Below, in pieces: positions 7,661 to 16,747 of a stretch of 32,000 bases of DNA. Numbering within the stretch: the stretch's first letter is position 1; every line of letters begins with the position of its first letter. The translations under genes were made by a program, and so were the position numbers. Under the pieces are notes generated by a model, which saw nothing but the letters and a program-made list of their open reading frames with translations, searched no databases and was not told the origin of the DNA. The stretch comes from Candidatus Stoquefichus sp. SB1 (GTDB lineage Bacteria > Bacillota_I > Bacilli_A > Erysipelotrichales > Coprobacillaceae): assembly GCF_001244545.1 (NCBI RefSeq), contig NZ_LN852693.1:288656-320655 (forward strand), read 5' to 3'.

Positions 7661-7788
7661 AATTACCCTCCTACTATATATATACGCAAAAAAAGTTCAT
7701 TTTTCTTTTTTTATTTTCAAAAAAATGAAATATTTTTTTAATTTATTCAAATACTTCTATAATTCAATAAAAATTAACCATATTAAGC

Positions 7789-7829
7789 AAAAAAAGATTC
7801 CATCCTTTATAAATAAAACGGATGAAATC
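7789..7829 (-). terminator. Rho-independent terminator after the MBL hydrolase gene
   Basis: Minus strand: GATTTCATCC - 14-nt loop - GGATGGAATC (one G-U/mismatch position) followed by TTTTTTTG. Confidence 0.7.
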
Positions 7830-7833
7830 TTTT

Positions 7834-8445
7834 TTATGATTTTAAATATGGGTTATTATTTTGTTCAAAAAGCAACGTACTTTCTTCACCATGGCCCGGC
7901 AATAATCTTGCATCAAAATCCATTGCTTTAATTGTATTTAAAGACTGCTTTGTTTGTAAATGAGAAGATGTAGGAAAATCAAATCTGCCAATTGAACCAG
8001 CAAATAAAACATCACCACTAAACATTGCATTCTCACTTTGAATATATATCATACAACTTCCTTGACAGTGTCCTTCTAACAAATACCATTTTAAATCAAA
8101 ATCAGCAATACGCATTATAGGCTTTGCTATTTGAATTGGTGCCTTAATAACAAATGGTTTTTCAAAACAGGACAAATTGTATTGAGGATTATTCATAATC
8201 TCTATAGATTCTTGATGAGCATATATAGGACAATGATAATGCTCATAGAGATAGTCAACAGCACCAATATGATCAAAATGTCCATGAGTTATCAATATAG
8301 CACATAACTTTAATTCATTTTCTGATAAATACTTTAAGACTTTTTGACCATTTGCTCCTGGATCAATAATGATACATTCATTTTTATCATTATATACAAT
8401 ATAACAATTGGTTTGCATTGAACCTAAGATCAATTTTTTTATCAT
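7834..8445 (-). CDS. MBL-fold metallo-hydrolase (glyoxalase II-like, YqgX-like)
   Basis: 203 aa with the ITHGHFDHIG zinc-binding motif (HxHxDH) plus downstream His/Asp ligands. Located next to comG, like B. subtilis yqgX. Confidence 0.85.
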   Translation of the reverse strand: MIKKLILGSMQTNCYIVYNDKNECIIIDPGANGQKVLKYLSENELKLCAILITHGHFDHIGAVDYLYEHYHCPIYAHQESIEIMNNPQYNLSCFEKPFVIKAPIQIAKPIMRIADFDLKWYLLEGHCQGSCMIYIQSENAMFSGDVLFAGSIGRFDFPTSSHLQTKQSLNTIKAMDFDARLLPGHGEESTLLFEQNNNPYLKS

Positions 8446-8467
8446 ATCAACAAATCCTTTCTATTAA

Positions 8468-8488
8468 AGAAAAAAAGCCATATGGCTT
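8468..8488 (-). terminator. Short terminator overlapping the rpmG stop
   Basis: Minus strand: AAGCC-ATAT-GGCTT followed by TTTTTTC. Only a 5-6 bp stem. Confidence 0.45.
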
Positions 8489-8636
8489 ATTTCTTTTCTT
8501 TATGAGCAGTTTTTTTATTACATCTTGGACAGTATTTTTGAACTTCCATTCTCTCTGGATGATTTCTTTTATTTTTAGTATTAATGTAGTTTTCTTCACC
8601 ACATTCAGTACATTTTAAAATGATGTTTTCTCTCAT
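8487..8636 (-). CDS. rpmG: 50S ribosomal protein L33 (zinc-ribbon, C+ form)
   Basis: Missed by the track (49 aa). Hand translation: [49 protein letters not shown], with CxxC...CxxC. GGAGGTG SD. The plus-strand track ORF 8418..8618 is its antisense shadow. Confidence 0.93.
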   Translation of the reverse strand: MRENIILKCTECGEENYINTKNKRNHPERMEVQKYCPRCNKKTAHKEKK

Positions 8637-8700
8637 TATTACACCTCCATTGTGACTTCGCCATACTATAATAGCATAAAGTTTCTAAAAATGCTACACT

Positions 8701-10746
8701 TTATTTATTTTTTACACCATATTTATCAAAATATTTTGTTAAAGCCTGTTTTGAGATACTATTGCAGGCACTAGATGAACTTGAAGTTTGTGTTTCAGAT
8801 ATACAGGCAATTGAAATCTGTGGATCATTATAAGGAGCATAACCAACAAATGCACGGTTTTGATACTCCACATTATTAATAAAGACCTGAGCAGTACCTG
8901 TTTTTCCAGCCGCCTGATAATAGCCATTCATAGCCTTTGCCAAACCAGTGACACAACCTTCTCTAAAACCTGTTTGAACACGATCGAATGCTAATGTATA
9001 ACTAGATACATCATCAAGAACCTTAACTTTATGTTGTAATAAAGAAATTTTTTGACCTTCATCATTTTCATCAAACGATTCTAAGAAAAGATGTGGCTGA
9101 ATTCTTTTTCCACCATTTGCAATTGTAGAAACATATTGTGCCATTTGAATTGGTGTGTAAGTATCATATTGTCCAATTGCAAAATCGAGTAAATTACCAC
9201 CTTGGCGACTTGTAACCGGTCCACGATAACCTAAACTCTCACTTGGAACATCTATTCCTGTTTTAACACCTAGTCCTAGTTCACCGACATCTTTTCTAAG
9301 AATATCAAATGCTTCAGAATTAACACTTAAAGGTTGATCTCTTACATATTTTCCACCACCTAAACGGATGGCTACATGGAACATATAAACGTTTGAAGAC
9401 TTAGCTAATGCTTGAACTTCATTAACACGCCCTAAAGGTTTATATGATTTTTTAGCATTTGTTCCCGCAATCTTAATACCAGCTGCGTCATCCATAAAAG
9501 ACTCACCTTTGCTAACAAGTCCTTCCTTAAAAGCCATATAAACAGTTCCACCCTTAAAAGTTGAACCAATAGCATATGCAGAAAGATAATTTCCAGATGC
9601 ATAATCTGAAATTTCACCAGTTTTTGTATCTCTTTGTTTCCCAGCCATTGCAATAATCTCACCATTATTTGGATCCATCATTGTCACAAAAATATGATTA
9701 TTGTATGTCCCACCTTGGCGACTTTTTAAAAAGCTCTCAATTAAATTGTTTAAATACTCTTGCATTTCCCAATCAATTGTAAGACGTATATTGTCTCCTT
9801 TAGAGCCACTTGAAACTGACTTTATAATAGGATTCCCATCACTATCATAGGTCATTGAATATTTTGCAGCAGACCCTGCTAAAATATTTTCATATTGTGC
9901 TTCAATTCCACTCACACCAACACGTGAATCATTGTTATAATCTTGAGCCAAAAGAATATCTTTTGTACTTGCTGGCAACCCTTGTTTTTTCGTTGTTACT
10001 CTTCCTAATACAGATTTAAAAGTATTATCATATGTGTATTCGCGTGACCAATCATTTGTCACTTTTATTCCTCTTAATATGTTTGAATTTTCCCCAATCA
10101 GACTTGCTTCTTTAATTGAAAGATTTTCAAGCAATACAACTGAACCATTTGTACAATTTTGAATTTTTGCATATAACATATAATATTTAATATCATTATG
10201 ACTTAATTTCTCATTAAGTATATCATCAGTAATACGATCCAACTGTAATTTATAAACAACATCATCATCCTGCTTTAACTCTGCCTCAGATAAAAGACTT
10301 TTAACATATGTACTATCTTTCATTATTAAATAATCTTTTTTATCACGTTGTGTAACAGTGCCAGTATCCACACTGACGTTGTTAATTAAAAAGTTAACTA
10401 TGACTTTGATTTCTTCTTCACTGATATTCTTAACGGCATAATAAGTCGCACAATTAATATTTTTATTATATACTAAACGATTATAATCACGATCATAGAT
10501 ATTGCCTCTAAAAGTATCAGCTGTAAAAATACTTGTGTTATATTGTGCTAATTTCGTTGTGTAATAATCTTTTTGATTAATCTGTGTCATAAACAAACGA
10601 ATTAATAAAATAACACCCATAATCGCAACACTTATCATCAATATTTTAAATCTTCTAGAGATAACATTATCAGTTTGATTTTTTATCTTTGATTCAAGTT
10701 CTTTTTTGCCATCAAACTTGATTTGACTTTTTTTAAAAAGACCCAT
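8701..10746 (-). CDS. Class B penicillin-binding protein (PBP2/PbpA-type transpeptidase)
   Basis: 681 aa with an N-terminal TM anchor and a dimerisation domain. Transpeptidase motifs: SxxK (GSTFKG), SxN (KSSNVY) and KTG (GKTGTA). GGAGGTG SD. Confidence 0.9.
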   Translation of the reverse strand: MGLFKKSQIKFDGKKELESKIKNQTDNVISRRFKILMISVAIMGVILLIRLFMTQINQKDYYTTKLAQYNTSIFTADTFRGNIYDRDYNRLVYNKNINCATYYAVKNISEEEIKVIVNFLINNVSVDTGTVTQRDKKDYLIMKDSTYVKSLLSEAELKQDDDVVYKLQLDRITDDILNEKLSHNDIKYYMLYAKIQNCTNGSVVLLENLSIKEASLIGENSNILRGIKVTNDWSREYTYDNTFKSVLGRVTTKKQGLPASTKDILLAQDYNNDSRVGVSGIEAQYENILAGSAAKYSMTYDSDGNPIIKSVSSGSKGDNIRLTIDWEMQEYLNNLIESFLKSRQGGTYNNHIFVTMMDPNNGEIIAMAGKQRDTKTGEISDYASGNYLSAYAIGSTFKGGTVYMAFKEGLVSKGESFMDDAAGIKIAGTNAKKSYKPLGRVNEVQALAKSSNVYMFHVAIRLGGGKYVRDQPLSVNSEAFDILRKDVGELGLGVKTGIDVPSESLGYRGPVTSRQGGNLLDFAIGQYDTYTPIQMAQYVSTIANGGKRIQPHLFLESFDENDEGQKISLLQHKVKVLDDVSSYTLAFDRVQTGFREGCVTGLAKAMNGYYQAAGKTGTAQVFINNVEYQNRAFVGYAPYNDPQISIACISETQTSSSSSACNSISKQALTKYFDKYGVKNK

Positions 10747-10801
10747 ATCTGCACCTCCATGACTTATTATATTATAAACGATATTGAAAGTAAATCAACC
10801 C

Positions 10802-10831
10802 AAAAGAAAAAGAGAATTTCACAAATTCTCT
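10802..10831 (-). terminator. Rho-independent terminator downstream of lepA
   Basis: Perfect 9-bp stem AGAGAATTT / AAATTCTCT with a 3-nt loop. On the minus strand it is followed by TTTTCTTTTGGG. Confidence 0.7.
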
Positions 10832-10909
10832 TCATCATTTTTAAAAATATTTCATATTTCTAAATTTTACGCACAATACAAATAAATTATATCCATATTT
10901 TTGGCTTTA

Positions 10910-12718
10910 TTAGTCATCATCAACTGATAAAATAGCCATAAAAGCTTCTTGAGGAATTTCTACACTTCCAACAGCTTTCATTCGTTTCTTTCCTTCTTTT
11001 TGCTTTTCTAGAAGTTTTTTCTTACGAGAAATATCACCACCATAGCATTTTGCTAAAACGTTTTTACGCATTGCCTTAATATTTGTACGGGCAATAACTT
11101 TACCCTGAATGGCAGCTTGAATCGGCACTTCAAACATTTGTTTTGGAATAATATCTTTTAATTTTTCACAGATAATACGACCACGATTATATGCAAAATC
11201 TTTATGAACAATTGTTGATAAAGCATCAACAACTTCTCCATTTAACAAAATATCCATACGTGTCAGACGACTTTCTTTATAACCATTGAGTTCATAATCA
11301 AAAGAAGCATAACCTTTTGTACAAGATTTTAATTTATCAAAGAAATCATAAACAATTTCACTTAATGGAACCATATAGATGACATTACGTCTTAAATCAT
11401 CAATATATTCTATATCCTGATATTCACCACGCTTTGCCTGACACAACTCCATGATAGGCCCAACATATTCATTAGGTGTCATAATAGAAGCTTTAACATA
11501 AGGTTCTTCAATACAATCTATTTTCTGTGGATCAGGCAACATAGCAGGATTGTCAATCTCAATCATGCTTCCATCAGTGAGATGACAATGATAAACAACC
11601 GAAGGCGCCGTAGCAATTAACTCTAAATCAAATTCACGTTCTAATCTTTCCTCAATAACATCCATATGTAATAAGCCTAAAAAACCACATCTAAATCCAA
11701 AACCTAATGCTTGTGATGTTTCAGGTTCAAAAATCAATGCAGAATCACTTAATTTCATCTTCTCAAGTGCTTCTCTTAAATCTTTGTATCTTGCATTATC
11801 TACTGGATACAAACCACAATAAACCATTGGATTTAATCGACGATATCCAGGTAACTGTTGTGTTGATTCTTGTGATAAAGTTGTAATCGTATCTCCAACA
11901 TGTACATCTTGAATAGATTTAATTGAGGCAGCTATCCAACCAACCTCACCTGTCACAAGTTTGTCTTTTTTGACTTCTTTTGGTGTTCTGACACCTACCT
12001 CAACGACTTCATAAGTTGCACCAGTTGCCATAAACTTGATTTCATCACCAACACGAATACAACCTTCTTTGATACAAACAAAAACAATAACACCACGATA
12101 ACTATCATATAATGAATCAAAAATAAGGGCCTGAGTAGGATGATGAATATCCCCCTTTGGTGCAGGAACATTTTTGACAATATCCTCTAAAACATCAACA
12201 ACATTCAAACCTGTTTTAGCAGAAATAAGTGGAGCCTCATCGGCTGGCAATCCAATAACTTCTTCTATTTCATGAATAACTCTCTGTGGATCAGCACTTG
12301 GTAAATCAATTTTATTAATGACTGGCAATATTTCAAGATCATTATCCAATGCCAAAAAGACATTAGCAAGCGTTTGAGCTTCCACTCCCTGGGCAGCATC
12401 AACAACCAAAACAGCCCCTTCACAAGCCGCTAATGAACGTGAAACTTCATATGTAAAGTCGACATGTCCCGGTGTATCAATAAGATGCAATAAATATGTT
12501 TCACCATTTTTAGCTGTATATGTTAATTGAACTGCATTTAATTTTATAGTGATACCACGTTCTCTTTCCAAATCCATACTATCAAGGAGTTGCTCTTTCA
12601 TTTCTCTGTCACTCACCGCACCAGTAAGTTGTAGAATTCTATCTGCTAAAGTTGACTTTCCATGATCAATATGTGCAATGATAGAAAAATTTCTTATATG
12701 TGATTGATCTATATTCAT
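10910..12718 (-). CDS. lepA: Translation elongation factor 4 (LepA)
   Basis: GTPase motifs ([18 protein letters not shown]) and the LepA-specific C-terminal domain. The track start is TTG (12724). ATG 12718 lies 7 nt after AAAGGAG. Confidence 0.95.
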   Translation of the reverse strand: MNIDQSHIRNFSIIAHIDHGKSTLADRILQLTGAVSDREMKEQLLDSMDLERERGITIKLNAVQLTYTAKNGETYLLHLIDTPGHVDFTYEVSRSLAACEGAVLVVDAAQGVEAQTLANVFLALDNDLEILPVINKIDLPSADPQRVIHEIEEVIGLPADEAPLISAKTGLNVVDVLEDIVKNVPAPKGDIHHPTQALIFDSLYDSYRGVIVFVCIKEGCIRVGDEIKFMATGATYEVVEVGVRTPKEVKKDKLVTGEVGWIAASIKSIQDVHVGDTITTLSQESTQQLPGYRRLNPMVYCGLYPVDNARYKDLREALEKMKLSDSALIFEPETSQALGFGFRCGFLGLLHMDVIEERLEREFDLELIATAPSVVYHCHLTDGSMIEIDNPAMLPDPQKIDCIEEPYVKASIMTPNEYVGPIMELCQAKRGEYQDIEYIDDLRRNVIYMVPLSEIVYDFFDKLKSCTKGYASFDYELNGYKESRLTRMDILLNGEVVDALSTIVHKDFAYNRGRIICEKLKDIIPKQMFEVPIQAAIQGKVIARTNIKAMRKNVLAKCYGGDISRKKKLLEKQKEGKKRMKAVGSVEIPQEAFMAILSVDDD

Positions 12719-12879
12719 AATCAAACTCCTTTCTTTTTACCTAATCTATTTTACACAATTATGACCTAAAAAGAAATAAAAAAGTAATATAAAGGACAGT
12801 TTTTCAACTTTTTTAAAAGAAATAAGGTTTTAGTATATAAACATTAAATTTCTTTATATTATAATCCATATAAATAATG

Positions 12880-12907
12880 AGCATCTTAGAAAAATATCTA
12901 AGATGCT
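12880..12907 (-). terminator. Hairpin immediately downstream of the SSB gene (bidirectional-type terminator)
   Basis: Perfect 10-bp stem AGCATCTTAG / CTAAGATGCT with an 8-nt loop. The strong T-run is on the plus side (TTTTTT). The minus side is followed by ATTATTTAT, so termination efficiency for ssb is uncertain. Confidence 0.5.
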
Positions 12908-12917
12908 TTTTTATGTT

Positions 12918-13250
12918 TTATCTATTCATTAGATATTTATCTACGAACTCAACGTGTTCGACTTTCACTTCCATCACAGTGGTTGTCTGATGATCTGATG
13001 ATTCAAAAGTTTTTGATTGTAACCGTCCTTTTATTCCTATATAGCTTCCAATCTCACAACAATCCATCACTGTTTGGCTAATTCCTTTCCATAATACACA
13101 ACTGATATAATCATGATCTTTAATTCCCAGATTATTTCGATAAGGTCTTTCAACATCCAAAACCATTGTTGCAAGTTTTACACCGTTGCTTGTTTCTTTT
13201 AAAACTGGTTCATTTGCTAACTTCCCAATAACAATTATTTCATTAAACAT
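12918..13250 (-). CDS. Single-stranded DNA-binding protein, short form lacking the acidic C-terminal tail (SsbB-like)
   Basis: 110 aa. OB-fold pattern matches SSB (MFNEIIVIGKLANEPVLKETSNGVKLATMVLDVERPYRN...DYISCVLWKG...GSYIGIKGRLQSKTFE...EVKVEHVEF). Ends right after the OB fold with no Gly/Gln-rich linker or DDDLPF-type tip. AAAGGAGG SD. Confidence 0.75.
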   Translation of the reverse strand: MFNEIIVIGKLANEPVLKETSNGVKLATMVLDVERPYRNNLGIKDHDYISCVLWKGISQTVMDCCEIGSYIGIKGRLQSKTFESSDHQTTTVMEVKVEHVEFVDKYLMNR

Positions 13251-13430
13251 TTTTATTTTCCTCCTTTTTCTTTAAGTATATACGAGAATAGAGAAATAAC
13301 CTAATTTGAAGAAATAGAGGCAATTTTAATGAATTTTAACATATTTCAAGAAGGTTATTCTTAAAAACTGGCATTTAGGATAGGATTTAAGAACATATCT
13401 TGTCGAAATTGATGAATTTCGATTTAACAA

Positions 13431-13459
13431 ATAAAAAAAACATCAATAAAATGATGTTT
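13431..13459 (-). terminator. Rho-independent terminator after acpS
   Basis: Minus strand: AAACATCA - 6-nt loop - TGATGTTT followed by TTTTTATTTG. Confidence 0.7.
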
Positions 13460-13464
13460 TTCAG

Positions 13465-13794
13465 CTATTTTTCTACAATTACAAAAGCCACAGCATATTT
13501 TTTTTCATGAGAAATAGAAATTTGGGCATTTTCATCATTAAGAAAAGGACATCCACTCTCATCATTAAGAATTTCAATATCTTGAAAATTAATTCCACCT
13601 ATTCCTTTATGATAAGCTTTCAAATATGCTTCTTTACCTGCAAATCTTCCACCTAAAAATTCTAATCGGCGCTGATCAGACTTCATTTGATGATAAAGTT
13701 GAAATTCTCGATCACTTAAAATTCTTTTAACGAAATGCAGATTATTAATATCCAAGCGTTCAAGATCAACGATATCGACTCCAATTCCTTTCAT
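13465..13794 (-). CDS. acpS: Holo-[acyl-carrier-protein] synthase (4'-phosphopantetheinyl transferase)
   Basis: 109 aa; MKGIGVDIVDLERL..., FAGKEAYLKA and ISISHEKKYAVAFV are AcpS hallmarks. Its ATG shares one nt with the upstream TAA. Confidence 0.9.
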   Translation of the reverse strand: MKGIGVDIVDLERLDINNLHFVKRILSDREFQLYHQMKSDQRRLEFLGGRFAGKEAYLKAYHKGIGGINFQDIEILNDESGCPFLNDENAQISISHEKKYAVAFVIVEK

Positions 13795-14402
13795 TAATCT
13801 TTAAACTTCTTTTCATAAAGACTCATCAATTCATCTAAACTCATTGAATCATCTATCTCATCAATAAAAGAGTCCTCTTCTTTATTTTGAAAATCAAGTT
13901 TAAACTCTCCAGTTCTCTCTTCAATAATCTTTAATTGATCTTGTTCTTCTTCAACAATATGTGCAATATTACGTAAATTTTCTTCTACACTTGGTTCCTT
14001 TGTTTCCTTTTCAATAGGTTGACTTTCTTCAGGTTGCTTTTTTTCATCCTTAAGATTATCAGCAGGTCCATAAAAAGGACTAATAATTGGAATAAGTTCA
14101 TCTGTTTCTTTTTTGATTTTCTTTGTTTTAGGTCTTGCAACTTTTACTTCTTTTTTTCTTTCTTCTTTGATTCCAGTTATTGGTGAAATGATTTCACTCA
14201 TACGATAATTTGTTTCTAAAGGAACTTTTTTAGGCTCAGGTTTCTTAATTTCTGGTTTTTTCTCCTCTTTTTTTTCTTCCTCATCATCATTATAAATGAG
14301 AGGTGTACTAAATTTTTCTTTACGTCTTTGTTCCAAAACAGGATCAACTGTTTCAAAAACTTCTTCTTCATCTTCTTCTTTAGTAAACCATTTTTTAAAC
14401 AT
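13794..14402 (-). CDS. Hypothetical Glu/Lys-rich, probably disordered protein
   Basis: 202 aa of low complexity (EEKKEEKKPEIKKPEPKK). Amphipathic N-terminus MFKKWF. Two copies of an IISP(I/F)(T/Y)G motif. AGGAGG SD 7 nt upstream. Translationally coupled to acpS. Confidence 0.6.
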   Translation of the reverse strand: MFKKWFTKEEDEEEVFETVDPVLEQRRKEKFSTPLIYNDDEEEKKEEKKPEIKKPEPKKVPLETNYRMSEIISPITGIKEERKKEVKVARPKTKKIKKETDELIPIISPFYGPADNLKDEKKQPEESQPIEKETKEPSVEENLRNIAHIVEEEQDQLKIIEERTGEFKLDFQNKEEDSFIDEIDDSMSLDELMSLYEKKFKD

Positions 14403-14413
14403 ATCTCTTCCTC

Positions 14414-15016
14414 CTATTGAAAAAACGAATCTCCAACTTGATAATCTTTTTCATCCAAAACAAGGATACCACGGACTTGTGGTGCATTCGCTAAAGCCAG
14501 TTCTCGTGCAGAACACAACATACCAGACGATGGAATTCCTCGTAATTGTGATGGTTTAATGACTAATCCCGAAGGCATCACTGCACCCGGTTTTGCCACA
14601 ACAACCAATTGATTCAAAGCAACATTTGGAGCTCCACAGACAATTTGCAAAGTTTCACTTCCTACATCAACCTGGCATATATGCATATGGTCTGAATCTG
14701 GATGTTCTTGAATATCAATAATTTTGCCAACATGAAAACCATCATCATAATCACTTTCTACATGTGACTGTTGATATTTTTCCAATACTTGATTCATTTC
14801 ATTTACAAAATCCACTGTTATTTTTACTTTTCCTTGAGTCAACTGACTTATATATTGAGAAGCATGAAATAAATTATACCCAATAACTTGATTATCCTGA
14901 TATAAAACATATAAATCATCATTTCTTTCATATTTATCTACTTTAGCTGAATCAGTTAATCTTACTAATAACACATCACCAATATGATCTAAATTATAAA
15001 AAGCATGTAAATTCAT
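14414..15016 (-). CDS. ytpR: tRNA-binding domain protein (YtpR/CsaA-like, PheT N-terminal-like OB fold)
   Basis: 200 aa. The C-terminal tRNA-binding OB domain (VGKIIDIQEHPDSDHMHICQVDVGSETLQIVCGAPNV...KPSQLRGIPSSGMLCSARELAL) is typical. Same size and neighbourhood (thioredoxin-like ytpP) as B. subtilis ytpR. Confidence 0.8.
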   Translation of the reverse strand: MNLHAFYNLDHIGDVLLVRLTDSAKVDKYERNDDLYVLYQDNQVIGYNLFHASQYISQLTQGKVKITVDFVNEMNQVLEKYQQSHVESDYDDGFHVGKIIDIQEHPDSDHMHICQVDVGSETLQIVCGAPNVALNQLVVVAKPGAVMPSGLVIKPSQLRGIPSSGMLCSARELALANAPQVRGILVLDEKDYQVGDSFFQ

Positions 15017-15026
15017 CTTATCCCAC

Positions 15027-15347
15027 CTATTCTATTGCATCAATAAATGCTTGAATTTCATTTTTTGTTTTACGTAATTTATTAACCAGTCTTGCAACTT
15101 CTTTTCCTTCTTTGTATGCAATAAACGAAGGAATACCCATTATTTCTAAATCAATACATAAATCAACCATTTGATCACGATCAATATAATAAAACTTCCA
15201 ATCTGGATTTTCTGTTACTAACTCATCAATAAATGTTTTTAAAAAGTGACAATCAGGACACCATGTCGTTGAAAAAACCATCATAGATTGTCCTAAAATA
15301 GCCTTTTGATAATCTTCTACACTATTAATACTTACTAAATTATTCAT
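15027..15347 (-). CDS. ytpP: Thioredoxin-family protein (YtpP-like)
   Basis: 106 aa with a WCPDC active-site motif in a thioredoxin-fold context. Confidence 0.8.
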   Translation of the reverse strand: MNNLVSINSVEDYQKAILGQSMMVFSTTWCPDCHFLKTFIDELVTENPDWKFYYIDRDQMVDLCIDLEIMGIPSFIAYKEGKEVARLVNKLRKTKNEIQAFIDAIE

Positions 15348-15349
15348 CT

Positions 15350-16003
15350 TTATTTTTCTCCTTTAAACGCTGTAACAATACGATAAATAGGTCCAAACGG
15401 TGAGAACTTACGTTCATATTCTGTTTGAATATTATCTTCGTATCCCTCACTATGGTGTAAATCTAAACAAACATCTACAAAATCCATTCCATAATGCTGA
15501 AATGAAATCAATGAATATTCAAATAAAATACGATTATCTGTTTTTAAAATCAGTTCACCATCTTCATTCAAGATATTTTGATAAATAGGCAAAAATACCT
15601 CAGATGTCAAACGACGTTTCGCATGTTTCTTCTTTGGCCATGGATCACTGAAATTAAGATAAATTCGACTTACTTCATTTTCTTTGAAGACATCATTTAA
15701 AACAAGAGCATCTTCTTTCATAAGTTTCAAATTAGGAAGAACTTGTGGTTCTTCATCAAGTTTTTTGATAGCACCAACTAAAACACTTGGAAATTTCTCA
15801 ATCCCAATAAAATTGATATCTGGATATCGTTTGGCGTTTTCAATAATAAAATCACCTTTCCCCATTCCTATTTCAATAAAAATAGGATGGTCATTTGCAA
15901 ATAACTGATGCCATTTCCCTTTATAATCCTTTGTATTTAGCACAACAAACTCTTTGTGATTTTCTAAAATCTCGTTTGCTTTTGGGTTATTTCTTAAACG
16001 CAT
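15350..16003 (-). CDS. trmB: tRNA (guanine46-N7)-methyltransferase
   Basis: MRLRNNPKA..., an SAM-binding IEIGMGKGDF motif and LNFSDPWPKKKHAKRRL are TrmB signatures. The track start 16015 is TTG inside the SD. ATG 16003 lies 5 nt after GGAGGA. Confidence 0.92.
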   Translation of the reverse strand: MRLRNNPKANEILENHKEFVVLNTKDYKGKWHQLFANDHPIFIEIGMGKGDFIIENAKRYPDINFIGIEKFPSVLVGAIKKLDEEPQVLPNLKLMKEDALVLNDVFKENEVSRIYLNFSDPWPKKKHAKRRLTSEVFLPIYQNILNEDGELILKTDNRILFEYSLISFQHYGMDFVDVCLDLHHSEGYEDNIQTEYERKFSPFGPIYRIVTAFKGEK

Positions 16004-16024
16004 ATTTTCCTCCAATATTTTTTA

Positions 16025-16747
16025 TTATTGTAGCACAGATTCATCCTTTAATCTATCTAATTCTTCATCAGTTAATCTGCGATATTCACCTAGCTGTAAA
16101 GAAGTGTCTAAATAAAGTTCTTTCATTCGAATTCGCTTTAAATATGTCACTTCTTTTCCCAGCGCTAAAAACATTTTTTTCACTTGATGAAATTTTCCTT
16201 CATAAATTTCTACTTCAATCTCACTTTCCCCATGATTGATTGATAAAATGGTTAAATGAGCACTTTGACATTGATAATCATCATTAATAACGATGCCTTT
16301 TAAAAACTTTTGAACATCATCCTCTGTTACAATTCCTTTAATTTTTGCATAATAGACTTTTGGACAATGTCTTTTAGGTGATAAAAGCTGATGAGCTAAA
16401 ACACCATCATTTGTTAAAATTAATAATCCTTCGGTATCAACATCAAGTCTACCTACTGGGAATAAATCATCTCGATAATAATCATCAATTAATTCTACTA
16501 CCGTTGGATAGACATTATCTTCTGTTGCACTAACATAGCCGCTTGGCTTATTAAGCATATAATAAACATATTCCTCGTAAATAATTTTTTCATCATCAAC
16601 ACGTATCTCATCACGCATTGGATCAACATGTGCTTTATCTTTTTTTATAATTTCACCATTAACAGTGACATATCCTTTTCTAATTAATTCCTTCACTTCT
16701 TTTCTTGTTCCAAAACCACTATGGGCTAAAAGTTTATCTATTCTCAT
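16025..16747 (-). CDS. Pseudouridine synthase, RsuA/RluB family (S4 domain plus catalytic VGRLD)
   Basis: 240 aa with an N-terminal S4 domain (MRIDKLLAHSGFGTRKEVKELIRKGYVTVNG) and a catalytic Asp motif (PVGRLDVDTEGLLILTNDG). Confidence 0.88.
   Translation of the reverse strand: MRIDKLLAHSGFGTRKEVKELIRKGYVTVNGEIIKKDKAHVDPMRDEIRVDDEKIIYEEYVYYMLNKPSGYVSATEDNVYPTVVELIDDYYRDDLFPVGRLDVDTEGLLILTNDGVLAHQLLSPKRHCPKVYYAKIKGIVTEDDVQKFLKGIVINDDYQCQSAHLTILSINHGESEIEVEIYEGKFHQVKKMFLALGKEVTYLKRIRMKELYLDTSLQLGEYRRLTDEELDRLKDESVLQ

Noticed and set aside
7691-7703. AAAA-N5-TTTT (ComK-box-like half site) upstream of comGA
   Set aside because: ComK needs two correctly phased AT-boxes and I found no convincing second box. 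Such A/T-tract patterns arise by chance in this very AT-rich intergenic DNA.
8418-8618. 66-aa plus-strand ORF between the MBL hydrolase and the PBP gene
   Set aside because: The opposite strand encodes an unmistakable L33 (rpmG) with its own SD. The plus-strand ORF is its shadow.
8739-9665. Minus-strand ORFs nested out of frame inside larger genes: 8739..8927 and 9432..9665, plus 11995..12180, 17968..18165, 23320..23511, 24055..24321 and 25880..26071
   Set aside because: They lie in alternative frames of strongly supported genes (PBP, lepA, epimerase, nusA, cassette ORF). They have low-complexity Leu/Ile/Met-rich products typical of AT-rich off-frames.
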